A stretch of DNA of 64,000 nt from an uncultured Planctomycetota bacterium (GCA_963823665.1 CAWGMQ010000005.1:64001-128000), one strand, 5' to 3'; positions 22,987-34,026 are shown, counted from the first letter of the stretch. A program made the numbers and translations. Notes: a model not told the origin generated them from the sequence alone.

Positions 22987-24498
22987 TCACGGCGCCTCGT
23001 AGACTTCCAGCTCGTTGTGGGTGGGGTCGTCCGGATCGGTGCCCCGGATGAGCACGATTCGCTCGCCCGGGGCGATCAATCCGCGGTCGCGGCCCCATTT
23101 CAGGACGAACTCACGAAGATCGGCGCGGCCGGTCAAGCTCGGAATCGGCTCGGAGACCACGCCCCAGAGCAGGGACATCGATCGAAGTGTATGCAATTCG
23201 CCACACAGGGCGAGTATCAGGCTGCGGCCGCGCTGGTTGGAGAGCGCCGCGGCCGTGCGGCCCGAGTGGGTCTCGACGACGATCAAAGCTGCGTCGAGCT
23301 GTTCGGCGATCAGGCTCGCGGCTGCAACCACGCTGTCGGTGATCGGCAGTACCAGTCCGGCGCGCGCCACGGCCTCGGTGCCGGCGGGCGCGGGTGCCTG
23401 ATCGAGAGCGCCCGCCTTCGGCGTGGCGGGGATCGGGCCGGTTCGGCGGTTCTCGAAGAGGCGGCGCTCGGCCTCGCCGATGATCCGGCTCATCATCGCC
23501 ACGGATTCGACCGGGTAAGACCCGATCGCAGTTTCGCCGGAGAGCATGACGGCGTCGGTGCCGTCGAGCACGGCGTTATACACGTCGCTGGCCTCGGCGC
23601 GAGTCGGACGGCTGGAGAGCTCCATGCTGCCGAGCATCTGCGTCGCCGTGATCACGGGCACCCGGCTGCGCCGGCATGTCTCGATGATTCGCTTTTGAAT
23701 TTCGGGCACGCGGATCACGTCGAGCTCCACGCCCAGGTCACCGCGAGCGATCATCACGGCGTCGGCCTCTGCGACGATGGCCTGGAGGTGCACAACGGCT
23801 TGCGGCTTCTCGATCTTGGCGATGATCTTCGCTTTCGAACACCGGCGGTCGAGCTCTTCTCGCAACCGCCGGATGTCCTCGGCCGTGCGCACGAACGAGA
23901 GGCCCACATAGGCAACGTCGTGCTTGCTGGTCCATTCGAGATCGGCCAGGTCTTTTTCCGTGAGAGCGGCCACGCTCAAGCCAGCGCCGGGGACGTTGAT
24001 TCCTTGATGTGAGCGAATCTGGCCCGGCAGCGTGACCTTGAGCTTGACCGATCCCGACCCTCGCTCGATCACGTCCATGGCGACGGTTCCGTCCGCGAAC
24101 AGAACACTCTGGCCGAGCTGGAGGTCGTGCGGCAAGTCGCGGTGAGTCGAGGTCAAGCGATGAGGATCATCTCCTTGCTCGGGCTCACTCGTGAGGATGA
24201 ACTCGGCGTCGAGATCGCAGACGGCAACTCCGCCGGGAATCGCCCCCAGGCGGATCTTGGGACCGCAAAGGTCTTGCAACACCGCGAGCTGAACCTGCTT
24301 TTCGGCGGCGATGCGCCTGACCAGATTGAGGTTGGCGGTGTGTTCTTCATGCGTGCCGTGCGAAAAATTCAGCCGGAACACGTCGGCACCGGCGTCAATC
24401 ATGCGGCCGAGCACGCCGGCATCGCACGATGCCGGGCCCAGGGTGGCGACGATCTTGGTTCGGATTTTGCCGACGGCTTCTTTGTAATGTAGATCCAT
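22987..24498 (-). CDS. pyk: Pyruvate kinase
   Basis: RTKIVATLGP, FRLNFSHG, DLCGPKIR, IIAKIEK, MIARGDLGVE, ATQML, PTRAEASDV, AVMLSGETA. Confidence 0.96.
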   Translation of the reverse strand: MDLHYKEAVGKIRTKIVATLGPASCDAGVLGRMIDAGADVFRLNFSHGTHEEHTANLNLVRRIAAEKQVQLAVLQDLCGPKIRLGAIPGGVAVCDLDAEFILTSEPEQGDDPHRLTSTHRDLPHDLQLGQSVLFADGTVAMDVIERGSGSVKLKVTLPGQIRSHQGINVPGAGLSVAALTEKDLADLEWTSKHDVAYVGLSFVRTAEDIRRLREELDRRCSKAKIIAKIEKPQAVVHLQAIVAEADAVMIARGDLGVELDVIRVPEIQKRIIETCRRSRVPVITATQMLGSMELSSRPTRAEASDVYNAVLDGTDAVMLSGETAIGSYPVESVAMMSRIIGEAERRLFENRRTGPIPATPKAGALDQAPAPAGTEAVARAGLVLPITDSVVAAASLIAEQLDAALIVVETHSGRTAAALSNQRGRSLILALCGELHTLRSMSLLWGVVSEPIPSLTGRADLREFVLKWGRDRGLIAPGERIVLIRGTDPDDPTHNELEVYEAP

Positions 24499-24624
24499 GT
24501 TGTTTGATTTATGGGACTCGGGGGGGATTTCTGAAGGACACAATTCGATTGGTTGATTCTACCTCGGCGCCTGTTCTTCGTGGGGCGATTTTCTCGACTG
24601 TGCCAGTAGGTCGATGCGGCGCGA

Positions 24625-26071
24625 TCAGCCGTGCCGGGCGATGCGGTAGCGGATTGCGCCTGTGGAGCTGGCGCGCGTCCACTCGCCCCAGCGCCAGAGT
24701 GCGAGACCGACGGCGGTGCCGGCCGCGGCCGACAGGGCGTCGCTGATATCGGCCGCCCGTCCGGGGAGGAAGACTTGACCAAACTCGAACAGGACGCCGA
24801 GCGATAGCCCGATCAGCAAAGCGCCGACAAAGGACTGGCGGTTGGTGCGCGCCGCGAGCAGAGCACCGAGCGGGGCGAAGATCAGGACCTGGCCGATGAC
24901 GTCGGCCAGATCGGCGATCGTTCGGCTGAAGAAATAGGACCAGAATGGAACCACCATTGCCAGGTTCCAGTACGGCGGCGCGGGAAGGGTGAATCGCGGC
25001 GGGTTCCACAGGGTGAAAGTCACGGCCAGGCACCAGATCGCGATGGCCGGCATGATCAGGCGATGGGGATCGAGCTCGCGCGACAGCACCACCACGGCGG
25101 CGCCAGAAGCCGACCCGAACAAGGCGAGCACGATTGAAGTGGCGTCGACGTCGCGCGCGGGAATCGCAAGCTGGGATGTTTCGATCGCCAAGCTCAATAG
25201 AACCGAAGCCCCGATGGCCCAGCCGATCGGACGAACGCCGCGGACGCGTGATTCGCGTGCGGCCAATGCGAAGAGGCCGCCGGCGAGCGTCCAGGTGAGC
25301 AGCTCAGCCGCCCAGTAACCTGGTTTGGTGGATCTCAATGGCTGTGTAGCCGGCCGTCCAAACGGAACCCACTGCACGACGTCAAACGCCGACTTCAGAT
25401 CATGCGGCCTGAGCTTGAAGCCGAACGGTGACAGAGCGGAGAGTAATAGAATGGCGCCGGTCAAGAACTGCGCACGTCGTGCGCGGACGCGAGATGATCG
25501 CGTGGCGAAGTCGTACCGAGAGGATCGGCCAGACCAGACGGATCCATGGCCAGCCGACCAATGCCCCGACGGTGGCACCGAAGCTATTGGTCACGAGGTC
25601 GATAAACGAGCAGGCGCGCTTCGGGGCAAACAACTGAGCCAGCTCGACCGAGCCGCTCAGGAACGCCCCCGTGCACATCGCAACCGCGATCGACACGATG
25701 AAACCCGCGCCGCGGCGTGCGAGCGCCATCGCCAGCAGCAACCCCCAGGGAACGAAGAGGAGCACGTTTCCATAGACGTCAGCCCACGAGCCGCCCTTGA
25801 GCGGCGCGGTTCGGAGTCGTTGCAGCCGTTGCTCGACCAGCTCTCTCGACGCCGAAAAGTTGAATGGCAGAAGCGTGGCATAGAAGATGAACAATCCCCA
25901 CAAGACGAGCAGCCACAAGACCGGGTCACTCAGCCACTTCGATTGCAGGATCCTCTGCTCGATGCGTTTCCAGTGCACGGTGTTTGCAAACTCCAGAAGG
26001 AGGCCGCACCGGGGCTCCGCGTCGCGTGTCGCCCGCGATTCACGAGCACGGCTCGCGAACGACGGTATCAT
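24625..26071 (-). CDS. VanZ-like multi-repeat membrane protein; frameshift near 25460; start uncertain
   Basis: NVLLFVPWG..VELAQLF..DLVTN; IETSQL..VDATS; QVLIFAPLG..FEFGQVF..DISD. Confidence 0.75.
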
Positions 26072-26319
26072 ATCCTATTCGACTACGACGTCATCAGCAT
26101 GATTGGCGCTGATTCGCGTCTGAGCGGCGAGTCGCGAGCGATTCGCTGCCCCCCCTGCCCTCATCCCGCCCGCTCAGATTGCGATTGCACCGCCGCCCCG
26201 TGCGCGCGAATATGACAACAGTCAGACGTGTGTGGTCTTTCCGCTCGCCGACGGTGATCCGATCGTGGAGTACGCTCGGGCGATATCGCGGGAGGCATCT
26301 ATCGGTGAGCATTCGAGCC

Positions 26320-27425
26320 CGATGGCGCGTCGGCGTTGGCCCCGTCTTCGTCTACGAATGCCTGACCTCCTCGAGGCGCTGGCAGGGTTACGCGATGCGC
26401 GCCGGGTTTCTGCTGGTCCTCTTGATCACGCTGCTGGTGATCTGGGATGGAGGCAATTCCGTGCAGCGCCCGAGCGCGATCGTCGCGCTCTATTCGCGCT
26501 CGCCACGACCTTCAGCTTGACCACGGCAACTTTCGGGGGCACGTTGGCCGCTTGCTTGGTCAACTCCGCGCAGGTGTGCGCGGGCCTGCTGATTCTCAGC
26601 GTCATCGCGGCCGCCTCACTCGCCGAGGAGCGGGCCAGCGGTAGTCTCGACCTGCTCTTGACGACGATGATTTCGACCCCGCAAATCGTCCTGGGCAAGT
26701 GGCTCGGCACCTACCGCGCGGTACCGTTCTTTGCCGTACTGCCCGTGGTTATTTCCTTCGGGTTGGCTCACGACCGGTCCGAGACATGGACCGATGCTGT
26801 GGTCCTGATCCTCTACATATTCTGCTCGGGCGCCGCGATCGCGAGCCTCGGGCTCGCGATGGCCACCTGGCTCCCTCGCGTCGGCAGCGCAGTGGCCGCG
26901 ACGGTATCGATTTATCTCGCCATTACCGTCGGCTTGTCGTTCACGTTACTGTGGGCACCTCCGCACAACGGGCTCGTGATGGCCAGCCCGTTCACCTGGG
27001 CGTTCCTCGTGACGTGGAAAACCACCGACAGTACCTTCCCGTTCCATTTTGTCGCGCCACGGGCCATCATCTGGCTCGTCATCATGGCGATCGTCGCAGT
27101 CGCCTTGCTGATCGCCACGCTGGCGACCTTCGACCGCAAGCTCGGCCGCGGAGAGAGCGATTCATCGCGGCGGATGAACGGAATCTTCACGCGCAGCGTG
27201 CGAGCATTCCGGTTCGTGTTCCTCTTGATCGCGGCGCTTGCGACGGTCGACACGATGTCTGATGGACCTACGCCACGCCCGGGCACGGTCGATCAACTCG
27301 CGCTGGTCGTCTTCGCGTGTGTTCACTATGCCGGTGATTCCCCTGTTCCGGCCAAAAGGTTCACTTGCGAGAACATTTTCGCCGAAAGGCTTTTCGTCCA
27401 ATCAAGTCGGGGCGGCGGGATTTGA
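26320..27425 (+). pseudogene. ABC-2 type permease, apparently internally deleted and/or frameshifted
   Basis: GPVFVYECLTSSRRWQGYAMR in one frame; AAASLAEERASGSLDLLLTT..IVLGKW in the next; the 3' end runs into the tRNA remnant. Confidence 0.55.
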
Positions 27426-27427
27426 AC
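27406..27427 (-). mobile_element. 3' fragment of a tRNA (Pro-type), att-site-like remnant
   Basis: Minus strand reads GTTCAAATCCCGCCGCCCCGAC (T-loop, 3' T-stem, acceptor strand CGCCCCG-A); no 5' half of a tRNA follows. Confidence 0.6.
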
Positions 27428-27687
27428 GTCCCGAAGAGACCTTGGCTGTCTTGCCAGGTGCTTCGGTCGGACCGACCGAAGCGCGCGACACCGATCAAGT
27501 TGTTCAAACTCCTCTCGCAGGGTTGTGCGGCTGAGAAAGTCCCGACGCCACGCGCGATTGCTGCGATTTGCCCGTCTCGGCGCTCATAGACCTGACTACC
27601 GGTCGCGGCATGGGTATAATCGCTGCCGGCGGCGGGTGGCGGTCTACGTAGGGCTGCTTTCGTTGCGCCACGATCTCGGAGGCGATC

Positions 27688-28089
27688 ATGAAGGCGATTC
27701 TCTCAATGGCGTTGGTCCTCGGGGTATACGGCCTGGCGGGCGCGGCGGACGACAAGGCGGTCGATCCGGTCGGGACGTGGAAGTGCGAGTATGAGATCGG
27801 CGGACAGCAGCGGACGTCCACCTTGACGATCAAGAAGGACGGGGACAAACACTCCGGGACGATGAGCTGGACGGACCAGAAGGATGAGCCACTCAGGGAC
27901 GTGAAGCTGAAGGAGGGGACGCTGACGTTTTCAGCCGTGCGGAAGTTGGCGGGGATGGATGACGGCATCACCGTCGAATACAAGCTGACGGTTGACGGGG
28001 ATAAGCTCAAGGGGAAGGGCTCGTCGGACCGCGGAGGCGAGAAGCGGGAATGGGATATCGAGGGCAAGAGGCAGAAGGACGATAAGTAG
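27688..28089 (+). CDS. Small secreted beta-rich protein
   Basis: GGAGG RBS; signal peptide MKAILSMALVLGVYGLAGA; DPVGTWKC..LTIKKDGDK..LTF..LKGKG. Confidence 0.75.
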   Translation: MKAILSMALVLGVYGLAGAADDKAVDPVGTWKCEYEIGGQQRTSTLTIKKDGDKHSGTMSWTDQKDEPLRDVKLKEGTLTFSAVRKLAGMDDGITVEYKLTVDGDKLKGKGSSDRGGEKREWDIEGKRQKDDK

Positions 28090-28236
28090 TCGTCGCGCAG
28101 TACAGAAGCACGGTGAGAAAGTGGGCTTCCGCGAGCGTCTTCCAGGGAGGGGGATCGGTGATGAGAAAGTAAATGTACAGGATGAATACGGCCACGGTGC
28201 TGGGCAGGACCACCCGCCGTTCGGTGGAATAATCAC

Positions 28237-29259
28237 ATGAGCGGATATCCATCTCGTGATTTCACTTTTTTCTGTTGCGGTTCGTGCGTGGCGTGTGCCT
28301 TGGGGTTTGGGCTATGGTTGTATTCCACGGGATGGCCTTACCCGGTACTTCTGCCGAACACACCAGTTCTGCCGAGCACATCGACGCAAGGCGCTGCGCT
28401 CGGCATACGCAAGACGACGCGATCGCCGACCGTGGCGACGCAAGACGACGCGATCTTCGATCTGAACACCTACCTGCTTCATCGCAACGCGTTCTACCAG
28501 GGTCTGCCCGCGCAGGACGTTCAGAACAAGCGATTGGAGGACCAGGCGAAGTTACTGGAGGCCTACGAGAAAGACCCGGAGAAGTTTCTCAAGCGCTACA
28601 CCGTGAGCGAATGGGTTTTCCTTTTTGATGCCGTCATCGAAGCCAGGAACATGGTTCGCGTCGGGGCGTTTGCTGACGGCGGGAAATGGGTGAGCGATCC
28701 CCAGTCCCTGAAAGCCGGGGCTCTGGTTTACTCGTTCGGCGCCGGGACAGAGATCTCATTCGATACCGAGTCGGCGGGGCTTTACGGCTGCGAAGTTCAT
28801 TGCTTCGACCCCACACCTTCCGTGGAGCGTTCTTTTGCCAAGTACTGCCCCGGCCAACCGGTCGGCAAGGGGAAATTCTGGTATCATGCTGTGGGTCTGG
28901 GACCGGTTTCCCTCGACCCCAAAAAAGCCGATGACCTGGTCCTCGAAGACCGGAAATGTCCGGTCAAACTCCTCAGCGAGCTTGCTGCCGAATTGGGCCA
29001 TGCGCATATAGATATTCTGAAAATTGATATCGAAGGGGGAGAGACGGCGGCTTTGACGGAAATCCTCTCTTCCGGGACACTCAAAAGACTGGCGGTCAAA
29101 CAGCTCTTGGTGGAATTCCATTTGTGGGACGATGAACACTGGAGTTCTTTCGTCCACATCATCAGCCTGCTCCGCAAGCAGGGCTACCTGATTTTCCGCA
29201 AAGAGTTCAATCCTGTGGACGGGCGATGTGCCGAGTTCTCTTTTCTGGGCCCGGATTGA
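28237..29259 (+). CDS. FkbM / Methyltransf_22-like SAM-dependent methyltransferase with N-terminal TM
   Basis: DGGKWV, VYSFGAGTEISFD, CEVHCFDPT, GHAHIDILKIDIEGGE, QLLVEFH. Confidence 0.8.
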   Translation: MSGYPSRDFTFFCCGSCVACALGFGLWLYSTGWPYPVLLPNTPVLPSTSTQGAALGIRKTTRSPTVATQDDAIFDLNTYLLHRNAFYQGLPAQDVQNKRLEDQAKLLEAYEKDPEKFLKRYTVSEWVFLFDAVIEARNMVRVGAFADGGKWVSDPQSLKAGALVYSFGAGTEISFDTESAGLYGCEVHCFDPTPSVERSFAKYCPGQPVGKGKFWYHAVGLGPVSLDPKKADDLVLEDRKCPVKLLSELAAELGHAHIDILKIDIEGGETAALTEILSSGTLKRLAVKQLLVEFHLWDDEHWSSFVHIISLLRKQGYLIFRKEFNPVDGRCAEFSFLGPD

Positions 29260-29686
29260 ATATCGTCCTATGACTCTATAGTTTGTCAGCCGCCGCACCG
29301 GCCTCGGGTCCCTGCAAGCGGTCCTTCGCAAGTTTTACCGGAGCGGTGAACAGATATAATAGCCATATCGTATACATAGATGTAGTGAACGAGGTAAGCG
29401 TGATGCCAGCCAGAGGAGCGCAGTCATGCTAATAACCGTGACCCACCTTTGCTACTTCGCGACAGTCGTCACCATCGGAATCCTGCTTGGCGTCGTGTTC
29501 GGGCAGGCGAAACCCGATCAGGCGTGAAGTGAAACTGGCTACCGCCGGCCGCGGCCTCTTGCATGAGGGGCTTGCGGCTGGTCTTGTTTCTGCCGATGCT
29601 GCATCGATGCTCAAAGCTATCGCCGACCACCTGGCTGCTGCTCTACATTCACGATCAAGCCACCCCGCCGCTCTGACGTCGCCACA

Positions 29687-31006
29687 TCAACGACTTGCAA
29701 GCGGCGCACCCAGCACGAGAAACGCCTCGCTCACCGGGCTGGGCACGATCGCCCGGGCCATCTCTCCGATCGGAGCGCGTTTGAGCCGATCGGGAACGAT
29801 CGCGTCCGGCTCGAAGAAGACGCTGCTCGGGTTTCCGCCAAAATCTCCAAGCCTGCCGTCGTGCTGGACGAAGTAATTGTGGTTATTATCGGCCTGCGTG
29901 ACGAGCCCCCCCGGGGAAATGAAAACCGATTGGCTCGGTACCGAATTGACCATCTCGCCGGAATTGATCCACATGAGGCCTGTGCGTATGAGGTCTGTGC
30001 GTAGCTGCGCCCGCCTGCGCCGATGCGGGGCGGCGGCGGCCGGACTGATGGTCTGATTCCGCGGGACCGTGACGGTCACTCCCTCGCCCGTCACGACAGC
30101 CAGGAGCTGCGGGCCCGTCGTGGTCTCGCGCTCCGGAATTTCCACGCGGAGCTCGCGGTCGGAAACCACACGGAAACCGGCAGCTCGCGAGCCGCCGGCT
30201 TGGCCCAGGAACAGTACTGCATTCGTGCGGGCAAACCCCTTGCCGGTAAGCGTGATGATCTCGCCGGATCCGCCCGCGCGCGGCGAGAACCCTCGAATGA
30301 GCGGTGGAACTGCCCGCGCTTCCGACAGGTCCGGTAGTAGCGGAGCCACATACCGGAATGGTCCGACCCCCGGGCACGCCGTGATCTCGGGAACCCTGAC
30401 GAGCGTGACCGCGGCCCGCTGGTTCGGCCTTGCAACACCAGGGCCGAGCTGCGCGGCCGGCTCGTAAAAGACGATGCCGCCGGGATTGCGGAATTCCAGC
30501 AGCGTTCCGCCGCTCTTCACGAAATGCATGGCCGCGTTCGTGCTGTGCACCACGACGCCCCCTTTCTCGATCAGGGCGACGCTCTCGGCGCTCGACACGA
30601 CACCACCGCTCTGCACGTGATAAAACGTTTCGCCGGCCTCGGCGACGTTGGCCCCTTGTACCGACGACCGGACGGTCTGCACGGTCGCGGGCATCGCCAC
30701 CGCCGCGCCACTCTCGGTGAAGACGGCGAGGGTCGCAGCCGCGCCCGGTCGATAGCACTCCGGCACGACCACTTCGATCTCCTCGTCGGAGATAACCTTG
30801 AAGCGGGCGCGCCTCAGCGTGCGGTCGATCGCGAAAACAACACGCCCCGTGGTGGCCAGCCCCTTGCCCTTCAACTGCACCGGAATACCAGCCGGTCCCG
30901 ATTCGGGCGTCATCGAGAAAATCTCCGGTCCCGCCGACGCGACCGGCGGAAGAACCATGCCGATCACCACAACGAGCGTCCAGGGCAACCGTTGTCGTAT
31001 GCACAT
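29687..31006 (-). CDS. Secreted protein with two IPT/TIG domains
   Basis: Signal peptide; PEIFSMTPESGPAG..LKGKGL..FKVISDEEIEVVVP and PLIRGFSPRAGGSG..LTGKGF..FRVVSDRELRVEIP; AGGAGG RBS. Confidence 0.75.
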   Translation of the reverse strand: MCIRQRLPWTLVVVIGMVLPPVASAGPEIFSMTPESGPAGIPVQLKGKGLATTGRVVFAIDRTLRRARFKVISDEEIEVVVPECYRPGAAATLAVFTESGAAVAMPATVQTVRSSVQGANVAEAGETFYHVQSGGVVSSAESVALIEKGGVVVHSTNAAMHFVKSGGTLLEFRNPGGIVFYEPAAQLGPGVARPNQRAAVTLVRVPEITACPGVGPFRYVAPLLPDLSEARAVPPLIRGFSPRAGGSGEIITLTGKGFARTNAVLFLGQAGGSRAAGFRVVSDRELRVEIPERETTTGPQLLAVVTGEGVTVTVPRNQTISPAAAAPHRRRRAQLRTDLIRTGLMWINSGEMVNSVPSQSVFISPGGLVTQADNNHNYFVQHDGRLGDFGGNPSSVFFEPDAIVPDRLKRAPIGEMARAIVPSPVSEAFLVLGAPLASR

Positions 31007-31028
31007 CGGTTAAGCCTCCTCGCCTCCG

Positions 31029-32606
31029 TCAGCGGCCGTTGTGCGCCAGCCGCCCCGAACCCGATCGTCGGCTCGACTCGGACAAAAGCTTGCGCACCTG
31101 GTTGCTCAAACCGGCGTCGATCGGCTCGACCGCGGCCAGCAGCGTGCGCAACTGCGGGCCCGATCGGTCGTGCTCCTTCGCTTCCTGGACGATCCCCTGA
31201 GCCAGTGCGTAGGCCAGATCAGCCGGCTTGTCCCAGGTTGTAACGGTGGCCAACTGGCGGGCATTGCTTCGGGTAATGACAAAGAGCGGCGCCCCCTGAT
31301 CGGGCGCGGCATATGGCGAGACGCCTAGCCGCCGCGAAAGCGCCGGCAGCTCGTTGATCGGCAGCGCGATCACTACATAGGAGCTTGCCAGAGCGTCGAG
31401 CGGCTCTGACCGGACGAGGCCGCGGCCGGCTACGGTGCGCTCCCACTCACGCAGAACATCCGAAGTTTCCGCGACCTTGTGCAAGATCAACAAGATCGGC
31501 AGCTTCGCGCGGTTCGCGGCGGCAAATGCCCGCTCGGCGGCATCGAGCTCGGTCTCGGGCCCGCTCAAGGGCTGACCGAGGATGTCTGCGAACACTCGGT
31601 GATAAACGTCCTTCAGCATCGGCAGCGGCTCTTCGGCCAGCAGCCTGTGAATCTGCACGAGCGTCGAACGACTCCCGCGCTGTTCCAGGCTCTCGCAGGC
31701 TTCACGATGGCCAACGGCAACCTGGACGGCGTTGCCCCGGGCTTCGCGATCGAGCTGCACCGCCCAGCGCGCCTCCGCCAGCAGTTCGTCCGCGGTCGCC
31801 GGGCCGGTCAATCCGTGAATGACCCGCCCGTCCGGGGTGCAGAAATAGCTCGCCACGTTCCCGCCGTTCTTTTGCAGATTGCCAAACTGATTGACGACCT
31901 CAAAACTGCCAACCTGCTGGTGTGCCGAAACGAAGTGCGCGGCGAAATATCGTGCCACGTTGGGGTCTGACAGGGCGCCCGCCCTGTATGCACTCGCGTT
32001 GTTTCACGTGAATCCGGGATCTTCGAAGTTACCCGATACGTGAATCAAGAAAACGAGCTTTCCTTCGCGACTGGCTTCGCCGGCGGCCTCCGCGGGTGAT
32101 TTGGCCCAGGTGAGCGCGGTGTCGAGCGAACGGTTGGCGGAGCAAACTTTCGCGGCGCCATTGCACGATTCTGGTTCCGCAAGCGTGAGGTCGGCCAGCG
32201 CAAACCACGGCTTCTCCGGGAGCACGAATGGTGCAGCCGTTGCAACCGCGCCTGGCGAAAGAGCAAACTGATCGACCGGCGGCGACTTCTCAAAGCGAGG
32301 TCCAGCGATCTGTTCCTTTTCGACCTGGGTCTCTGAACCCGGCAGACGGCCGGCTTTCGCGATCGGCACCGCCGCGTGCTCAGGCGGTGTGCCCACGTCC
32401 TCAGCCGGTGCGGTTTTCGAGGCGACCGGTTGCCCGCTGTCTGCCAGCGCGCGCTTCGGACCATGCGTGCACCAGGTGTACGCCGCCAGGATGAGAGCGA
32501 TTGACGCACAAAACCCCACGCCCGCGGCATAACCCACGAGCATTCCACGAAGCCAGCCCTGTGACAGTCTCGGCCCCATCGCCGGCAAGTTCCCACGAAC
32601 ACTCAT
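31029..32606 (-). CDS. Thioredoxin-fold membrane-anchored protein, candidate selenoprotein (in-frame TGA at 32004-32006)
   Basis: ORFs 32004..32606 and 31029..31958 share a frame; read-through gives GKLVFLIHVSGNFEDPGFT-U-NNASAYRAGALSDPNVARYFAAHFV..FCTPDGRVIH. Confidence 0.7.
31970..31987 (-). promoter_or_regulatory. Candidate bacterial SECIS hairpin
   Basis: mRNA ACAGGGC-GGGC-GCCCUGU: perfect 7-bp stem with a G-starting loop, beginning 16 nt after the UGA. Confidence 0.6.
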
Positions 32607-32687
32607 GGCGCGCCCCCCAATGAGAGTCGGAACAAGGCTTCCGTCCTTGGTTACGAACCTCCCGCGCGAGGTGTTCGCGGCTAATTT

Positions 32688-33849
32688 TCAGATCGTCGCG
32701 CTGGCACCGGCCTGCACTGCCGCTTTCACTTTCTCGATGAACGCCGGCCAGCGTGGGTCCGATTCCAAGCTCATGAGCTCGATGTGGCTGTGCCGAACGG
32801 GCAACCACGCCAGGAAGAACTCACGCTCGACGAGCGCCTGTTCCAGCGCGGCGAAGGCCAGGTCATTTTCTCCCAGGGCGGCATGAAGATGAGACAGGAA
32901 ATACGGACGTGTGGGGGCGGGGATCGTGCGCTCGGCCAGCTCGCGTTGAATCTGCCGCGCTTGGCCTACATCCCCGGAGAGCGCCAGCGCCTGACCCAGT
33001 GTGGATAAGAACATGGGCAACCGTCCGGAAAGCTCAACGGCCCGGTGCAATTCCCCGAACGCAGCCTCGCGATCTCCCAGGAACCAGCATGCCCGGCCAA
33101 GCTGCTGGTGACTGACGGCAAAATTCGGGTCGAGTTCCAGAGAGCGGCGCAGCGGCGGGAGCGCCTCGGCGAACGATTTCAGGGAGTTAAACGACATGCC
33201 GAGGTATGCGTGGGCTGCTTTGGAGAGCGGGTCGCCTTCCACGGCACGTCGATTCTGGGCAATGGATTCCTGGTCACGTCCCCTATGGATCAGAAGCCAC
33301 CCATACCAGTAGCGGGCCGGAGTGTAGTTCGAATTCAATTCCAGGGCCTTCAGCAAGTGCCGTTCGGACCCGTACCAGTCCCAGTCGCACCAGCCAAGCA
33401 CGACGCCGAGTGAACAGTGGGCCTCGGCGGAATTGTCGTCCAAAGCTGATGTCATATACCCGGCAAACGTTGGGATGAGCGAGCTGCCGGGACAAGCGCA
33501 CGTCACTCACAAATAACTGAAAGCGCCTCGAACTCTCGGCGACGCCGCGCGGCAGAAATTTGAGCGCCACCGGATGACCGAGCTTCAAGTCATCGGCGCG
33601 ATAGACCTCTCCCATGCCGCCCCGGCCGGCGAGGGACACGATGCGATAGCGGCCGGCGATTTTGGTTCCCGACAGGAACCGGCCATGAGCCGACGAATCC
33701 GGGTCGGAAATCGATGGGGAAGCGCTTGGGTCGGTCGGAGGGTCGTGATCGATCGTTGCCTCCGGCTCCGGCACGAGCAGGCCGCCGCAGGCCGAGCAGA
33801 ACTTGCTGTCAGCGTTGTTTTCGGCGGAGCAGGCGGGGCAGGTTTTCAT
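32688..33849 (-). pseudogene. Ser/Thr kinase-TPR gene remnant with large internal deletion
   Basis: Zn-ribbon CPAC..CSAC and GRGGMGEVYRA..VALKFL..HPNVCRVYDI, joined out of frame near 33447 to TPR repeats (AEAHCSLG..ALELNSNY..LELDPNF). Confidence 0.7.
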
Positions 33850-34026
33850 GGGTCATCCGGCCCCCGTCGCGGTGCCGAATCTCCATAGCCGTTTGGCAAT
33901 CATCGCAACGATTCTGAGAATGGAGCGATTTTAGCAATGCGGTTTCGAAATGCCACCAGCGAGTCGCGTTCGAACGACGAAAAGACGGGCCGCGCAAGTG
34001 GTTTACGGCAAAGGCGACAAAGGTGG

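Noticed and set aside
27406..27490. Intact tRNA gene
   Set aside because: Only the 3' 22 nt match; no anticodon arm, D arm or 5' acceptor strand
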